From positions 422,832-486,831 of the forward strand of contig NW_018408769.1 in NCBI RefSeq assembly GCF_002113885.1: 64,000 nucleotides of DNA, given 5' to 3'. This document shows, piece by piece, positions 37,130-51,970 of this stretch. The stretch comes from Mizuhopecten yessoensis. Taxonomy: Eukaryota. The notes beneath the pieces were generated by a model. The model made no database searches. It was not told where the DNA came from and saw only the letters and a program-made list of their open reading frames with translations. A program made the position numbers and the translations under genes. The first letter of the stretch is position 1. Each line of letters begins with the position of its first letter.

Positions 37130-40100
37130 ACTGTATCATATGTGATATGATATTGTACATCGTCTTATTAAACTAAATTTGGAGCTGAACATCGTGTTAT
37201 TATAAAATATATCGTGTAGTGATACTGTACATCGTGTAGTCATACTGTACATCGTGTTATTATAAAATATATTGTGTAGTCATACTGTACATCGTGTAGT
37301 GATACTGTATATCGTGTAGTCATAATGTACATCGTGTTATTATAAAATATATTGTGTAGTCATACTGTACATCGTGTAGTGGTATTATACATCATGTAGT
37401 CATCCTGTACATCGTGTAGTCATACTGTACAACGTGTAGTGATATTGTACATCGTGTAATCATACTGAACATCGTGTAGTCATACTGTACATTGTGTTAT
37501 TATAAAATATATTGTGTAGTCATACTGCACATCGTGTAGTGGAATTGTACATCATGTAGTCATCCTGTACATCGTGTAGTCATATTGTACAACGTGTAGT
37601 GATATTGTACATCGTGTAATCATACTGAACAGCGTGTAGTCATACTGTACATCGTGTTATTATAAAATATATTGTGTAGTCATACTGTACATCGTGTAGT
37701 GGAATTGTACATCATGTAGTCATCCTGTACATCGTGTAGTCATACTGTACATCGTGTAGTGATATTGTACATCGTGTAATCAGACTGAACATCGTGTAGT
37801 CATACTGTACATCGTGTTATTATAAAATATATTGTGTAGTCATACTGTACATCGTGTAGTGGTATTGTACATCATGTATTCATTCTGTGAATCGTGTAGT
37901 CATACTGTACATCGTGTTGTTATACTGTACATCGTGTATTCACACTGTGAATCGTGTAGTCATACAGTACATCGTGTAGTCATACTGACCATCATGTATT
38001 CATACTGTTTATCATGTATTCATACTCTACATCGTATATTCATACTGTGAATCGTGTAGCCATACTCTACATCGAGTATTCATACTGTACATTGTGTATT
38101 CATACTGTACATCATGTATTCATACTGTAAATCATGTTTTCATACTATGAATCGTGTATTCATACTGTACATCGTGTATTCATACTGTGAATCGTGTAGT
38201 CATACTGTATATCATGTAGTCATATTGTATATCGTGTAGTCATACTGTATATCATGTAGTCATATTGTATATTGTGCAGTCATACTGTACATCGTGTAGT
38301 CATACTGTATATCGTGTAGTCATACTGTGCATCGTGTAGTCATACTGTACATCGTGTATTCATACTGTGAATCGTGTATTCATACTGTACATCGTGTATT
38401 CATTCTGTGAATCGTGTATTCATACTGTATATCATGTTGTCAAACTGTACATCGTGTTGTCATACTATATATCGTGTAGTAATACTGTACATCGTGTTGT
38501 CATACTATATATGGTGTAGTCATACTGTATATCGTGTAGTCATACTGTGCATCATGTATTCATACTGTAAATCATGTATTCATACTGTGAATCGTGTAGT
38601 CATACTATACATCGTGTAGTCTTACTGTATATCGTGTAGTCATACTGTACATCGTGTAGTCATACTGTACATCGTGTTGTCATACTATATATCGTGTAGT
38701 CATACTGTACATCGTTTAGTTATACTGTACATCATGTTGTCATACTGTACAACGTGTTGTCATATTGTATATCATGTTGTCATACTGTACATCGTGTTGT
38801 CATACTATAAATCGTGTAGTCATACTGTGAATCGTGTATCCATACTGTGAATCGTGTATTCATACTGTGAATCGTGTAGTTATACTGTACATCGTGTAGT
38901 CATATTGTACATCGTGTAGTCATACTGTATATCATGGAGTCATATTGTTTATCGTTTAGTCATACTGTACATCATATAGTCATACTATATATCATGTTGT
39001 CATACTGTACATCGTGTTGTCATTCAATATATCATGTAGTCATACGGTACAACGTGTTGTCATACTGTATATCATGTTGTCATACTGTACATCGTGTAGT
39101 CATACTGTACATCGTGTATTCATACTGTGAATCGTGTATTCATACTGTACATCGTGTATTCATACTGTGAATCGTGTATTCATACTGTACATCGTGTATT
39201 CATTCTGTGAATCGTGTAGTCATACTGTATATCATGTTGTCATACTGTACATCGTGTAGTCATACTGTACATCGTGTATTCATACTGTGAATCGTGTCGT
39301 CATACTTTACATCGTGTATTCATACTGTACATCGTGTATTCATACTGTGAATCGTGTAGTCATACTGTATATCATGTAGTCATATTGTATATCGTGTAGT
39401 CATACTGAAAATCGTTTAGTCATACTGTATATTGTGTAGTCATACTGTACATCGTTTAGTCATACTGTACATCATGTATTCATACTGTAAATCATGTATT
39501 CATACGTTGAATCGTGTATTCATACTGTACATCGTGTATTCATACTGTGAATAGTGTAGTCATACTGTATATCATGTAGTCATATTGTATATCGTTTAGT
39601 CATACTGTACATCATGTTGTCATACTGTACATCGTGTTGTCATACTATATATGGTGTAGTCATACTGTATATGGTGTAGTCATACTGTACATCATGTTGT
39701 CATACTGTACAACGTGTTGTCATACTGTATATCATGTTGTCATACTGTGCATCGTGTTGTCATACTATCTATATATCGTGTAGTCATACTATGAATCGTG
39801 TATCCATACTGTGAATCGTGTATCCATACTGTGAATCGTGTAGTCATACTGTACATCGTGTAGTCATATTGTACATCGTGTTGTCACACTGCACATCGTG
39901 TTGTTATACTGTACATCGTGTTGTTATACTCTATATCATGTTGTCATACTGTACATCGGGATGTCATACTGTACATCGTGTTTTCATACTGTACATGGTG
40001 TAATCATACAGTGACACTTGTAGTCACATTTAAAATCGTTTAAATGTCAAGCCAACCATGTAGACATACTCTACATCGTTTAATCATACTGTATATTGTG
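37130..40100. repeat. 20-bp minisatellite (catactgtacatcgtgtagt), ~3 kb
   Basis: About 145 tandem copies in register; ORFs 37832-40003 are repeat translations. Confidence 0.97.
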
Positions 40101-41796
40101 CAATTATACTATTTACCTAGAATAATTATTGGGTTCTCGTTAATTTTTTTTTTTTTATTACATTCTCACTAATGAATACGTTTGTTTTGTATAAGCTATA
40201 CGACTCAATTTCTCTAACCCATATCAGCCTTCGCCGTATCACAACCCAAAACCCTTATCAACCCTCTCCGTATCAGCCCGCAAAACCCGTATCACACCCC
40301 TTTTGAAACACTTCGTTACAATTGTTCCCATCCTTCAAAAGAACATTATTAGTAAACAGAATAAAATATGCCTTTTCTCATATCACACCCAGTATCAACC
40401 CTCGACCAATATCAGCCTTCGGCCCTCGGGCTGATACAAAACAATCAGTCAGGCGTCGTTAAGGTAATAGAGAGTTTGATTCCTGGTTTCCAACGATGCT
40501 GGTGGCTGTGTATAGTATTGAATTTACACACGTGTTATTATTTATCGTCATTCCAGTGAAGTACTTGTGTTGTCATGGTTATACACTATAACTGACCATG
40601 TGCATGACACACAACATGTGTTGTCATATAATTTATTTGGTACTTAACGTGTGTTGTCATTGACTCATACAATATGTTGTCGTTCAACAGGAGTGTGTTG
40701 TCATGGTTATTGATTAATCACTTATACTGCACACAACATGTGTTGGCATGGTTATTGACTAATCACACAACCTGACGTCATCCACTAGGAGTGTGTTGTC
40801 ATGGATACAGTATACCGGTGTATGTTTCACATTATGTTGTATCGATCTGTAGCTATATTCACAGTAACGCTGTTCCCATGTGATTATTTTGTAGATATAG
40901 TTCAGATTATATTTCGTTTATAAGTCTTTAAATCCATAAGGACGTAAATAGGTAATTATCTACAGGAAAAGCAGGCCAATGTCTTAGATTCGCAAAACAA
41001 GGCCAAGAGAAATTAATGGTGTTATTTTTCTAAGTTCATCAGTGCACGTTTTCTTTGAAAAACCCAAGACCTAAACAATTATTTTTCAATCTGTAATCAA
41101 TTATGTATCCCTCGTTAAATGGTTTGATGTGATATAAGTGTATAGAGTGTGATGAAGGGTGACATACACATATCCATTAAAAAGTGAATCATGGAACTAT
41201 TTATTGTGACCTAGTACATATTTGATATATAAGTTACATTATCTAAAGGATCACATAGCCTACCTGAGATGCATGTATGTCCAATACCTGCGGTCAGAAC
41301 ATTTTGATAATATTTATCTGCGTTGTACTTTTCTTGGTTTTAGACAAATTGTTAAATAAGTGATGTATTGACAATTGCTCTTTCATAAAAAGTACTCTTT
41401 GTTCTTGCATACCAACGTTATTAATGCGATTTATTGCATTAAGAAACAAAGAATGCAATTCAAAAATGCTATATGAATTCATAAACTCGGTCATTACACA
41501 TTTTCAAGATGCAACTTTTTTAATTTGATTTTGAACATTTCTGTAACGCTTACCTAACATAGTACGGCATGCCATCTTTGGATGGGTTCATAGTTGATAA
41601 CAAGTCTTTGGTTTATTTTCTCAAATCTTACCAAGTATTTAAGTACTGCTGCACTGCAATCAAAATGTTTGGTCACACAGAGTTAATTGGTCAGTAGAAG
41701 AACCCAAACGATCTCTTTTGTCAGAAATCCTTTAATTAGACGTCTATTGGTCAACAGAACGTTCCAATCTCTCCTGATAATTAGAACAGAATCATG

Positions 41797-42213
41797 GAAT
41801 TGTAAAATAATCAGGGAAGGATAGTGTAGAGTATAACTACTAAAACAGGTAACTGTGAAATTGTAAAATAGTCAGGGAAGGATACTGTAGAGTATAACTA
41901 CTGAAAAAGGTAACTGTGAAATTGTAAAATAGTCAGGGAAGGATACTGTAGAGTATAACTACTGAAAAAGGTAACTGTGAAATTGTAAAATAGTCAGGGA
42001 AGGATACTGTAGAGTATAACTACTGAAAAAGGTAACTGTGAAATTGTAAAATAGTCAGGGAAGGATACTGTAGAGTATAACTACTGAAAAAGGTAACTGT
42101 GAAATTGTAAAATAGTCAGGGAAGGATACTGTAGAGTATAACTACTGAAAAAGGTAACTGTGAAATTGTAAAATAGTCAGGGAAGGATACTGTAGAGTAT
42201 AACTACTGAAAAA
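41797..42213. repeat. 61-bp tandem repeat, about 7 copies
   Basis: gaaattgtaaaatagtcagggaaggatactgtagagtataactactgaaaaaggtaactgt repeated almost identically. Confidence 0.95.
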
Positions 42214-42700
42214 CGGTATATTCATGATCGTGAAACTAAATTGTTCATTGAAACTGGTCGTGGTCATGTAAAGGTCAAGATCTTTAGCTATGGTGTCATC
42301 ATCACTATACCTGAACATATCGGCCATGTTTCTCATATTATTCTTCAATACCTTGTGTAATATTAAGTTCGCTGTTCACGGGTTTTATATGAGTATTACT
42401 ATTTCTGTGATAGATGTCGAATGTTGATGACCAAATTTAAAAAACATTATTACGTGAGATGAAAAATATGGGGGTTTATGGTCACAATCACAGAGAAATA
42501 TTCCATTTTACTACCCGATATGAGTATCGACGTTTTAGTTGTTCTCATCTAAGTATTTTATGCTATCGTTGTCACCTCCCCAGATATCGTGCTGAGGACC
42601 TACCGTTGTTTGGATTTGACGTATATTAACACAGCCGATGTTGTTGATGGAGCAGGTGATGCCTTCTCTTCCAGAACACCATTGCGTGTTCTTCCGTATG
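42195..42700. mobile_element. Penelope-like retroelement relics in both orientations
   Basis: Minus-strand ORF 42142-42348 contains MFRYSDD (RT FRYxDD motif) and FSFTIMNIPFFSS. Plus-strand 42390-42470 resembles 46640-46750 (gtgatagatgtcga). Confidence 0.55.
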
Positions 42701-44499
42701 AGTGTATGTGGAAATGTTTCCTTTGGTCATATTCCCCTAGTATTGGATTAATCGAATCATTTAGGATTGGGATCTTGTTAAAGTTAGACCTTCCCTTTTT
42801 TCATTAGCTTGATAATAGGGGAAAAAGCAATTAGGAATCTCATTCCGATTAGCAGGGACTATTTTATCTATTCAACGATATTATGTAAAGAGAATGAGTA
42901 TGGAAAAATATGTCATTACCTTCCATTGAATCCCTTCTAGTAGAACAATGTTCATCAATTACCAATATCCAGTCAATTACTACACCGTTCATTGGATTCC
43001 ACTGGTTCAATGGAGTCCGCACGCCATTGTAGTACGTATTTCCAAGGGAACATTTAAAATATCAAGTATTTTCAAAACATTTGGCGTCATTTCATCGTAC
43101 TTTATTTTGAAATTGTCTTGTGATGTTTCAAGTGGACACCCTGTTGGTTAAGTTCAAATTTTACCATCGAGATTTTACTAAGTGATTTGCATATCAAATA
43201 CAGTCTTGCGTATGTGATTAAAAATTAAAAATTATATCTAGTAGCTATGCCATTGTAATTGTTTGTTACATTGTATATTGACGTAACGATATGGATAATT
43301 GATATGGCACCGAAGCTTTGAAAAAGACAACGCCAAAGAAAATATGTTACAAAAGTGTTAAAAATGTATTTGCTTCATTGGTAAATTAACTATGTGACTA
43401 AATTGTTAAATAAACGATTCTTATGACTCAAATGTATCACAGATAAATACCTTCCAAAACAAAAATGACAAAATGGCTGTCATGCTGATGTGTCTGTCCA
43501 AGTGAGAAAATGAGATGTATTAATTGTAGATACTTGCCACCTTATACGAAATCACCTGCCCAATATATTTCAGGTATGACATAGATAGCAAAATAACTAA
43601 TGAGTAAATTTGAATCTCAGACGTCATGGCGTTCATCTCAAAATAAGGTATCAGGTGATGACACAGGGAAGAATAACAAAGTTTTCAAAATAGTCCATTC
43701 GTTGACATTTCATTTGTGATTAATGCAACTGATTCGAAAGGTCTAAACACGTAATTCATAGAGTTTGGCGTCATTTTCCTAAACCTCAAATGAGGTTTTA
43801 TTCAGTGAAACACAAATCTAATCGATGTTTTGAAGTGTTATATATATAAGTGAAATATTATACGCTCAGTTCTTTTAAGATAAAGGTTTTCTTTTGAAAA
43901 GTGAAAGAAAGACGGGGGACACTTTAGTCTTTTTGCTTCTCAACCTCAGTTATCATTTGCTATTTTTCACAAGGTATTACTCGCCATATTGTTTTGAAAT
44001 ACGAATCGTTATTTGGCGTTATCGACATAGCTCTTCATTTTTCATTGCAGGTAGCTTACTAGTTGAGTGTTGACATAATCGATGGAAGATTTAGCGATTA
44101 CAGCCTGTGGCTCTGATATTGTCATTCACTGTTTGGTTATAGTTCTTGTGTAGCAGCTGTGTGCATATTCACAGTGAAAACATACAGTACCTTTAATCAT
44201 ATGAAATTGCATTCAAGTCACTGACATGCTTAAAATTGTTTAAAAAAGGAATGATGTTTCAAAAGTAAAACGTATTTACACGATGGTCACATAACGACAT
44301 ACATTGTTAAACTCTTAGTCTGTTTGACCCCTCATTTCCAATATAAAATGAAGATCATGGTGAGTGCTTTTTCCAAGTTATCACTATCATCGAAGATAAA
44401 TATCAATTAAAAGGTAAATTTGTGCTGTCTCTCAGCTCCGATGTTGAATGTAAATTATGCGCAGTATTATTACCAGTTAACCACCATCCATTCGGTCCG

Positions 44500-47400
44500 T
44501 CAGTTCAGTTGTACAATGTAGACCATGGCCAGTGTTATTGTCAGAAGATCGCCGGACAGTGTGTAAGGCCTCACATATCCATTACCTACATTACACAGTT
44601 GGGTACGACAGCAGGAGTGACATCTCTCCTCATCCACATCGTCTCCCCAGATACCACAGTGGTTCTTACACACGGAGGAGCACCCCCGGGCAAAGCTCAT
44701 GAGGTCCCCGTACTGGGAATCCACACGTAACACCTGTAACAGACAAAGCTCTGTGTCTAAGTGTTTATTGTATAGTTTCCTTCGCATGAAATTATCTCCC
44801 CTTCTTTCGAAATTGTTTATGGCTGTCGTAGTGGTAGAGCATTATATAATTTAAATGCAACATATCCATAATGCCCTCATTTTATCACTTTCATGGAAAA
44901 GTACATTTGCTTATCTTTATAGGCAGCTGAATTTCAGTTTACATGATATCCAGACATTTTCGAAACACAGAAAGCAATAGAACAGGGAAGCTAAACAACA
45001 AGTAGTGGACAGGGAATTTATGAGGTATGTCTAGTAGAGGTAAATCTAGAATATAATAATATATTTCAATGGGTTGAAACAAAAAGCCATGGAATCTATT
45101 GAATGACTTACACGACAGAATGGTTTATCATCAGCACACATGACCACCTCTGATTGGTTGGGTGAATGGACACAAGGGTCACTTGGCACCGTAGCCGTGC
45201 ACGTGTAACACGTCAAATTGAGGGAGTGGATTCGCTCTGTAAAGGTAAAGGTACATCACAGAGTAAAACCAATTTGTAAAGTTCTAAAACACAGACTATA
45301 TCATATTATATGTATTGCTCTGTTGTAATCAGGCAAGTCCCTATATGGGTAAATTAAACTTCATGGTAACACACAATTCGTTTGGTAAAAACGTTATTGT
45401 TTATGCCTCCAGAAACTGAAAAATACACCTTGCAGGTAAATTCGAAAGTGCATGCCATCTGGTGTACTGGTTTCACTGACTGTGCTATTCTTCGTTACAT
45501 TTTGTATTAAGATGACTCCTTTGGGAAAAATGAAAAACAAAATGTGATGTTCATGAGAATATTACTATTCAAACTGTATATCTATGACATTGATTAAAGG
45601 ACAGACACTTAAATTATCTGTTACTACACCAAAAATTGACCTTAAATCCGACCTTCTTTCCTCTATGACACAGTATTTTTCGGTTTTAATGTAAATAAAG
45701 TGAAAACAATTATTTTTGTAATACTCCATCTCATTGGTTAATCTTGTTACACTTTATTTCTTCCGGTTGTTTAGATACAGTCTATCTTAGTTAATGGGTT
45801 TAATTAAGGTACGTGAAAGAGAATTGCATACGTGATTGTCAGCTCTATTGGTTGATTTCAGTCTTTGTGTGATAATCTGTTACCTCTATTTGGCATTTAT
45901 TTACAGCGTACGCGTATGTTAATCTTTAGCTGAAACACATTGCTATTAATCGTGACATCAGGACTCGGTGACGTAGGAATATTGTTTTATGTTCGTTAAT
46001 TGTTTTTCTGAACGTTTGGTTTTGATGGAGAACAAAAGTGAGTCATGTCTAAATTACACAGGATCTCAACAATAAATATTCGTGTTTATGGATTAGAATT
46101 TTCCCTTAAATTGAGTTGCTATTTGCAAAGGAAAGCATTTGAATTGTTCACTTCGCACACTTTTGTGACCGGAACTAAGCCGAGAGGGTTTCAAACCCTG
46201 GTCGAAATATCCTATGTGAGACAACGGACGTGGAGGTAGAAATTACCACTGTTTACCGTCTCTTGTGACATTCTTATTGGTTCTTGCATTAACTTCTATT
46301 GGCTATGTCAATTGTAAATACCCTCCTGAAATTGAAATCGGGGTCACTATGGACACGTCTATATCAGCTGGTTTTTCTTATTTTTTGGTTTAAACTTGGT
46401 TTTATTCAATGTTTTTTGACAATATATTGAAATACAAATAGTACGTTTTATAGAACAGAAGTTTTACTTAAAACTAAATCAACAGGTTCCCTGTACTACC
46501 AAGTTGTACGATAAGGGTGACAATTTGGATTTTCCGATTGTGGATTTTTACCTTTCTCGATAGAACATTCCTTTTTTTACCAAACTTATGGAGTTACTAT
46601 GTCGCAGTTGCTTTGATATTAAAGAACTTGATCCTAATGTCATGATTTCCGTGATAGATGTCGACTGGTAATGGACAAACTTAAAACACGGGGTTCTAAA
46701 GATGCAGATGGATGAAGACCACGGGCAATTTTACAGTCACTATCATGGACTTGGCGAAATATGCTATTTCTTTGAATGAATTGAAGGCCGATTATTTCAT
46801 TATGCTTGTTCATGTCCCTCTTGGATTTTAGTTAGATAAACATGACGGGTGTTGTCGATAAAGCTAAACACATGGTCTTGTTCTCAGAACCTAATGTCGA
46901 GTATTTAATGAACTTGACATATTGTTTACTAGTACTTTTTTTTATAGTTTGAGTCATATAGTTTGAAAATGAGCATCAATCTACATGTAAGAAAACAAAT
47001 GCATACAGCTTTTACCCTCGTTAATACATTGCTTGTTGTAACCATAATGATAAATGATACATGTATGAATGACATACATTTCTAGGTTGTTTGTATCAGT
47101 GTTGATCATTACATAGCACCAGGCAATACACGGAAGACAAGCATTGCTTGGTTGTTTGTATCAGTGCCGATCATTACATGACACCAGGCGATACACGGCA
47201 AACAAAAATAATAATCTACAACATTTGATATAGCGCCCAACCTAGGTAGAATTATCCACCCTGAAGCGTTTTGCAGTACATAGATATACAATTTATACAT
47301 TCAATACCATTAGCATATACTATTAATCAATGCAATTTTGAGGAATTCGCAGGAGCTGCCTTATCAGGCGCTACATTTAACTACTAGTCCTATGCCACCT

Positions 47401-48362
47401 GTCTAATATCTCTTTATGTATGTATGCCTGCGTGTGTACTGGAGATGCATTGAGTTCTGTTTGTAGTTGACCGTGCTTCCAACAGTATCATTTATAGTGC
47501 CACCTCACTTGAATGCTACAGCACATATACCGCAACATCCACCCTTGAGCATTTCATACCTCATCTGGGTTGATGGAGTTGTGACGGCTGGCGAAAAACA
47601 ATTCCTCTAAATATTCCATGCGTACGACGACTTCGGGGATCGAACTCCGGCCGCCTGCGTGGAAGGCCGCAATGTTTACCCCACGACCAACCGACCCATA
47701 CACAATATGACTTTGATTTACTTAAATAATATCTGTACTATGTATCACAACATGCTGCTGTCTATTCACATGTGCTATAGATAACACAACAGCGTGGGAA
47801 GCGACCCTTTACAAAAGTACAATGTATAAAAAAGGAATACATGAGCAGGGGATTCAATCACGACGCGCTATCGCCAAATGCCTGTAGGGTGAACAGGAGA
47901 TTCCCTAATGTATTCCGTATCGTGTGAACAGGAATGTTTCACCGACAGTGTTTTGCGTGTTCTGAATATCATTCCAGTAATTATTCGTAATAGATCCGAA
48001 AAATTGCAGATTATTGCTTTGTTCATATGTAAGGTACATAGATTAATTAAGTGCATACTTGTTGGACATAGAGATTTAGTGTAAAACTGTGTGCATCTGT
48101 GACAGACTTGTTGTATAATATCAGTGGCACTGTTCTGGTTACATTTGTCATACTCTTTTGTCAGAGGTTCACTGTTCGTTACCTATCGATGCGTATTTAC
48201 ATAATGCTTTAAACTCTGTACATGTAGAATGAAAACTGTATGTGTACAACGAAAGGCCAGCTGTTGCTTGTAACGTATATTATACTTACGGCTACATAAT
48301 GCTACAAGAACGAATCCATACAAAACACCTCTCGTGCAGCTTGCGGAAACGCAGTATGCCAT
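44500..48362 (-). CDS. Ly6/uPAR (three-finger) family GPI-anchored protein D (3 coding exons, ~143 aa)
   Basis: Exons 48362-48290 (MAYCVSASCTRGVLYGFVLVALCS, Kozak-like aacATGG, gtaagt donor, phase 1), 45236-45112 (RIHSLNLTCYTCTATVPSDPCVHSPNQSEVVMCADDKPFCR) and 44733-44500 (VLRVDSQYGDLMSFARGCSSVCKNHCGIWGDDVDEERCHSCCRTQLCN...LLTITLAMVYIVQLN*). Total 432 nt, open. Exon 1 is less certain than exons 2-3. Confidence 0.82.
46490..46885 (+). mobile_element. Degenerate Penelope-like RT C-terminal fragment
   Basis: Reads TKLYDKGDNLDFPIV...NIP...YGV.MSQL with frameshifts, which matches the Penelope-type RT motif order. Confidence 0.65.
47414..47697 (-). mobile_element. tRNA-derived SINE in intron 1 of Ly6 gene D
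   Basis: Head gggtcggttggtcgtggggtaa...gagttcgatcccc carries A and B boxes but no 3' acceptor stem. Body contains ttcaagtgaggtggcactataaa (Meta-domain-like). (ACAT)n tail. Confidence 0.7.
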
Positions 48363-50171
48363 GTTCGACCGTACAATCCACTAATGAACGACCCATTCAC
48401 ACCATTGGAATATTCCTGTTCTTAAAAAGTATGTTGTCGAACATCAAGAAAGCTATATTTTGCAAGTAAAATGTTGCCCTTTTAATCACATCGCCATATC
48501 CGTTAGCGTCTGACCAACGAGAACCAATTAGTGTTCATTGACGTAGTTGATCGATAGCTTCAGGTAACAGTGGCAACAATACACACGCCAGTCAAAGCAA
48601 TACCGCGGCATCTGTTTATTAAACTGAGAAACACAAATACTCATCTTTTAAAACAATATGACAACTACGTAATTGATTGCAGACATGGATTTTATGTGTA
48701 TGTTTTACGATAAGCTACAACGAGTCCGTGCCTATATATTAAGCTATTGGCAAATTATATACAAATAGCAAAAAAGGAGGTAGTACCCACCAAATATAGG
48801 CAAAGAACCAGTGTGTTATTACGTTGGTTGGTCGAATTACTTTCTATATCCAACCATTTGTATTACTTGTCGATATTTTATAGATCAGACAAAAGACGTC
48901 TCCAATGCCATGCTGTAAGGTCGATTCTATGAAAGTATTGAGGCCGTTTGACCAAGTATCGTGATCACATGAACGTTTGATCAGTGGATTTCACGGGGTC
49001 GTCCTCATTAAGCCTCTATCACGTTATGTTGTAAAACTGCCGAGATCGATCAGCAGCTTAAGGCCAGAGACGTTGAAGTTAATAATGTGTATGCGTATGA
49101 GTCGTCTAGATTTGCGTGTTTTATTCAGAGGCGTGTACATGTCTTTTATACGCAATACCGTGTCGTTTTGTTCCAAATAATTGTATGTTTGTGTTTGAAA
49201 TAAAATTAGGGATTGATGTCGCTTACATAGAACTTGACATACGACGGATTGACCATGCGGGCCATCTTCGTCACGTCCTTTATAGCATCAAATCTCGAGG
49301 TGTTAATAAAGTTACCACGGTGTAACGGCTACTAATGGATAGGAAATACTGATTGGCAGACATCGATTTCCTGGCCTCCGACGCATGATTGGTCAGCACT
49401 CACAATAAAAGAGTTATTAGAAATATTTATCTGGACTGGGTTGTGAAACTACCGTCAACCTATAACCTTGACCTTGAAGGAACTTTTTTTCTAAATCTAT
49501 CGAAAATATATAGTCTTTGTCAAAACTCTATCCAAATACATAAACATAGTAATGTGCTTACGTTTTTATTTAATTAACTCGATGGTAATTGTAATGTTCA
49601 TGATTATGTCTCAATAAGTAGGGGTATTATTTTTATAAATAACATCACATGAATGTAAGCCTCACATCTATGAGTCCTTTGCTCGATGCTCTGGCGGCCT
49701 GCATATGTTGTAATAACTGTTGTCCCCGTAGACTAAACTTATAAGGGGAGCCTTGCAGACACGAACAACCATCTCGCCAGTAGAAAACAAACATCAAGAA
49801 AATCAATATTCATTTGAAAAATTATCAGACAATACACTAAATTGCATTAAGTTTGTAGAACAATACAAATTTGAATTGCGAATGATTCAAATGAAAAGCA
49901 AAGTCGGGCAGAGATGGGACAAACAGAGGTGTGTAATGGCGTCAGAGCTGTATACCACCTAATATTTACTCTGAATCAAATAACTACATAAAATAAGTGA
50001 TATTATCGGCTCCCAGTCAGATGACTGTATCTATACCGGGTTTTTGTACCGAAATTGTATTACAGTGTTTTGATGTTATTAATCATGATGGAGTGTAGGA
50101 TACTGTGTCGTTTGTGTAAATTACAAACATCGTAATATATAAAACAAGAATAAAACAACTCAGTTTAGCAA

Positions 50172-50177
50172 TTTATT
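50172..50177 (-). terminator. Candidate polyadenylation signal of the formin gene
   Basis: AATAAA on the minus strand ~1.8 kb past the stop codon, followed by a GT/T-rich element (tgagttgttttattcttgtttt). Confidence 0.45.
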
Positions 50178-51192
50178 TGTTAATTATTTGTAACATAACA
50201 TAACATGCAAATTATATCAACACGATAAATTGTTCAGAATAATTACAATATATACTCCATTGACACTGATTCTGAATGGGAGTGTATTGCGTTTAAGAGA
50301 AGGTCATGGACGTGTTATTGTTAAATATTAACATACTCAGCAACTTATTATTAACGTTTTTTCATTTTTAAAAAATAGAATCTTTAACATTTAAGTAGGA
50401 CACATTGATATGTTACATCAGCGTAACATTTTCCTGCATATAAAAGTTGAAGGTCAAAAATAAATGAACTGCAATCAGTTTTTACTTTATGCAAATAAAG
50501 TTTTCTCACCGATTCGTCTATATGCAAATCTATAGCCTATATTTAATAAGTGGAAGTCTTATATAAGCAATAAAAAATGTGTTTTTGTAGACAAATGTTT
50601 ACAGTCAAAAATGTTAGTAGAAGTAGTAGAGTAAAATGATGTGTAAAACTTTTTCAATATGCAGGTTACATGTTACACACTTATTGATATACATATCTGT
50701 TTGACACTCCCATCTTTATTGTCGTTTGCATATCCTATACAAATAATACATATTTTGCACAGAATCAACTATAATTAATAGTGTATGTTTACTAACACAC
50801 TTACGTTGTTGAGGTTGCTTTACCCTAGAAATCTTAAAAACAGGCCGCGATAAATGTATTGTGATAACATTTCTAATGATGGCTTTCTTGACCGACGTAT
50901 TTCAGATCAATTGTAGACGGTGGCTCAGACTCACCATGTTGTATTTATAGGTCAGCACTCAATTAAATTTAATTTAACAATAAGTAAGAGATATATTACA
51001 ATTCGTACCTGTATTTCTTTGTACAAATGAGCCAAACACTTCCTCAATTATCCTGTATGAAATTTCGAGTATTCTAAGCGGTTAATTGCCATTGAATTCA
51101 AAGTATGCAATATGCAAAGATATAGGCCTAGTATTAATGTCAATTCCGGTTAGATATTGAGTTTAACACTGTTATATCTGACAACATGGAAC

Positions 51193-51302
51193 CACACAAC
51201 ATTGTTTATTACACACAACATTGCTTATTACACACAACATTGTTTATTACACACACACAACATTGTTTATTACACACAACATTGTTTATTGCACACAACA
51301 TT
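51193..51302. repeat. Short ~19-bp tandem repeat (acacaacattgtttattac) in the presumed formin 3' UTR
   Basis: 5-6 copies visible. Confidence 0.85.
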
Positions 51303-51970
51303 TACACATTAACGTTTGAGGACTAACTAGAAAATATTGCACTGTAACAGGGATTGGACTTGGAACGCTGTTGCCATGTTGTACAATGTAAGTAGTACCA
51401 GTCTACTTTAGTTTTACTAAAACAAAGGGAAATAATTTATGCGTTTGTTAAGTTGAAGGGCAACATAAATATGACTGATATGATTGACGGTTGTGCCGCT
51501 GTTATAGTTGTGTGGATCACTGCCTTATCACCTTGGTTGGCCTAAACAGAACACATTTTCCTCAAGATATATTATTAAAACTTACGGAGGGTTGATTAAT
51601 TAACAAGGTTGCTTAAAATGTACAAATTTGTCATGGTCTATATTCCCTGTGAAAATAGGTGACATGATTCAGTTGATACACAAAGAACGAGTTGTTCTTG
51701 GGTACGGTAGTGACCGGTACTAAAGTGGTACAAGTAATCATTTAAAATTGTTGCTAAAATTGATCGCTGAAGACTGTCGTCTTGAATGATGTTTCTGCTA
51801 CTTGCTGCTTTCAGATATGTGTAACTAAAGAAGTCCATAATCTCCCGAAATCGAAAGAAAAGCAGCATGTGATGATCACAAAACGGCCCTGGTACCTTAC
51901 GAATATGGCGCGTAGTTCACTGAGCCTATACCCGACAACACGAACTTTATTCTAACAATATCAGATTGCT

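Noticed and set aside
45400-45460. Nearby ATGs as first exon of Ly6 gene D
   Set aside because: They give no signal peptide with a suitable donor; 48362-48290 fits better.
47625-47697. tRNA-Gly(TCC)-like gene on the minus strand
   Set aside because: The acceptor stem cannot pair, the anticodon stem is mismatched, and it runs into a SINE body and tail.
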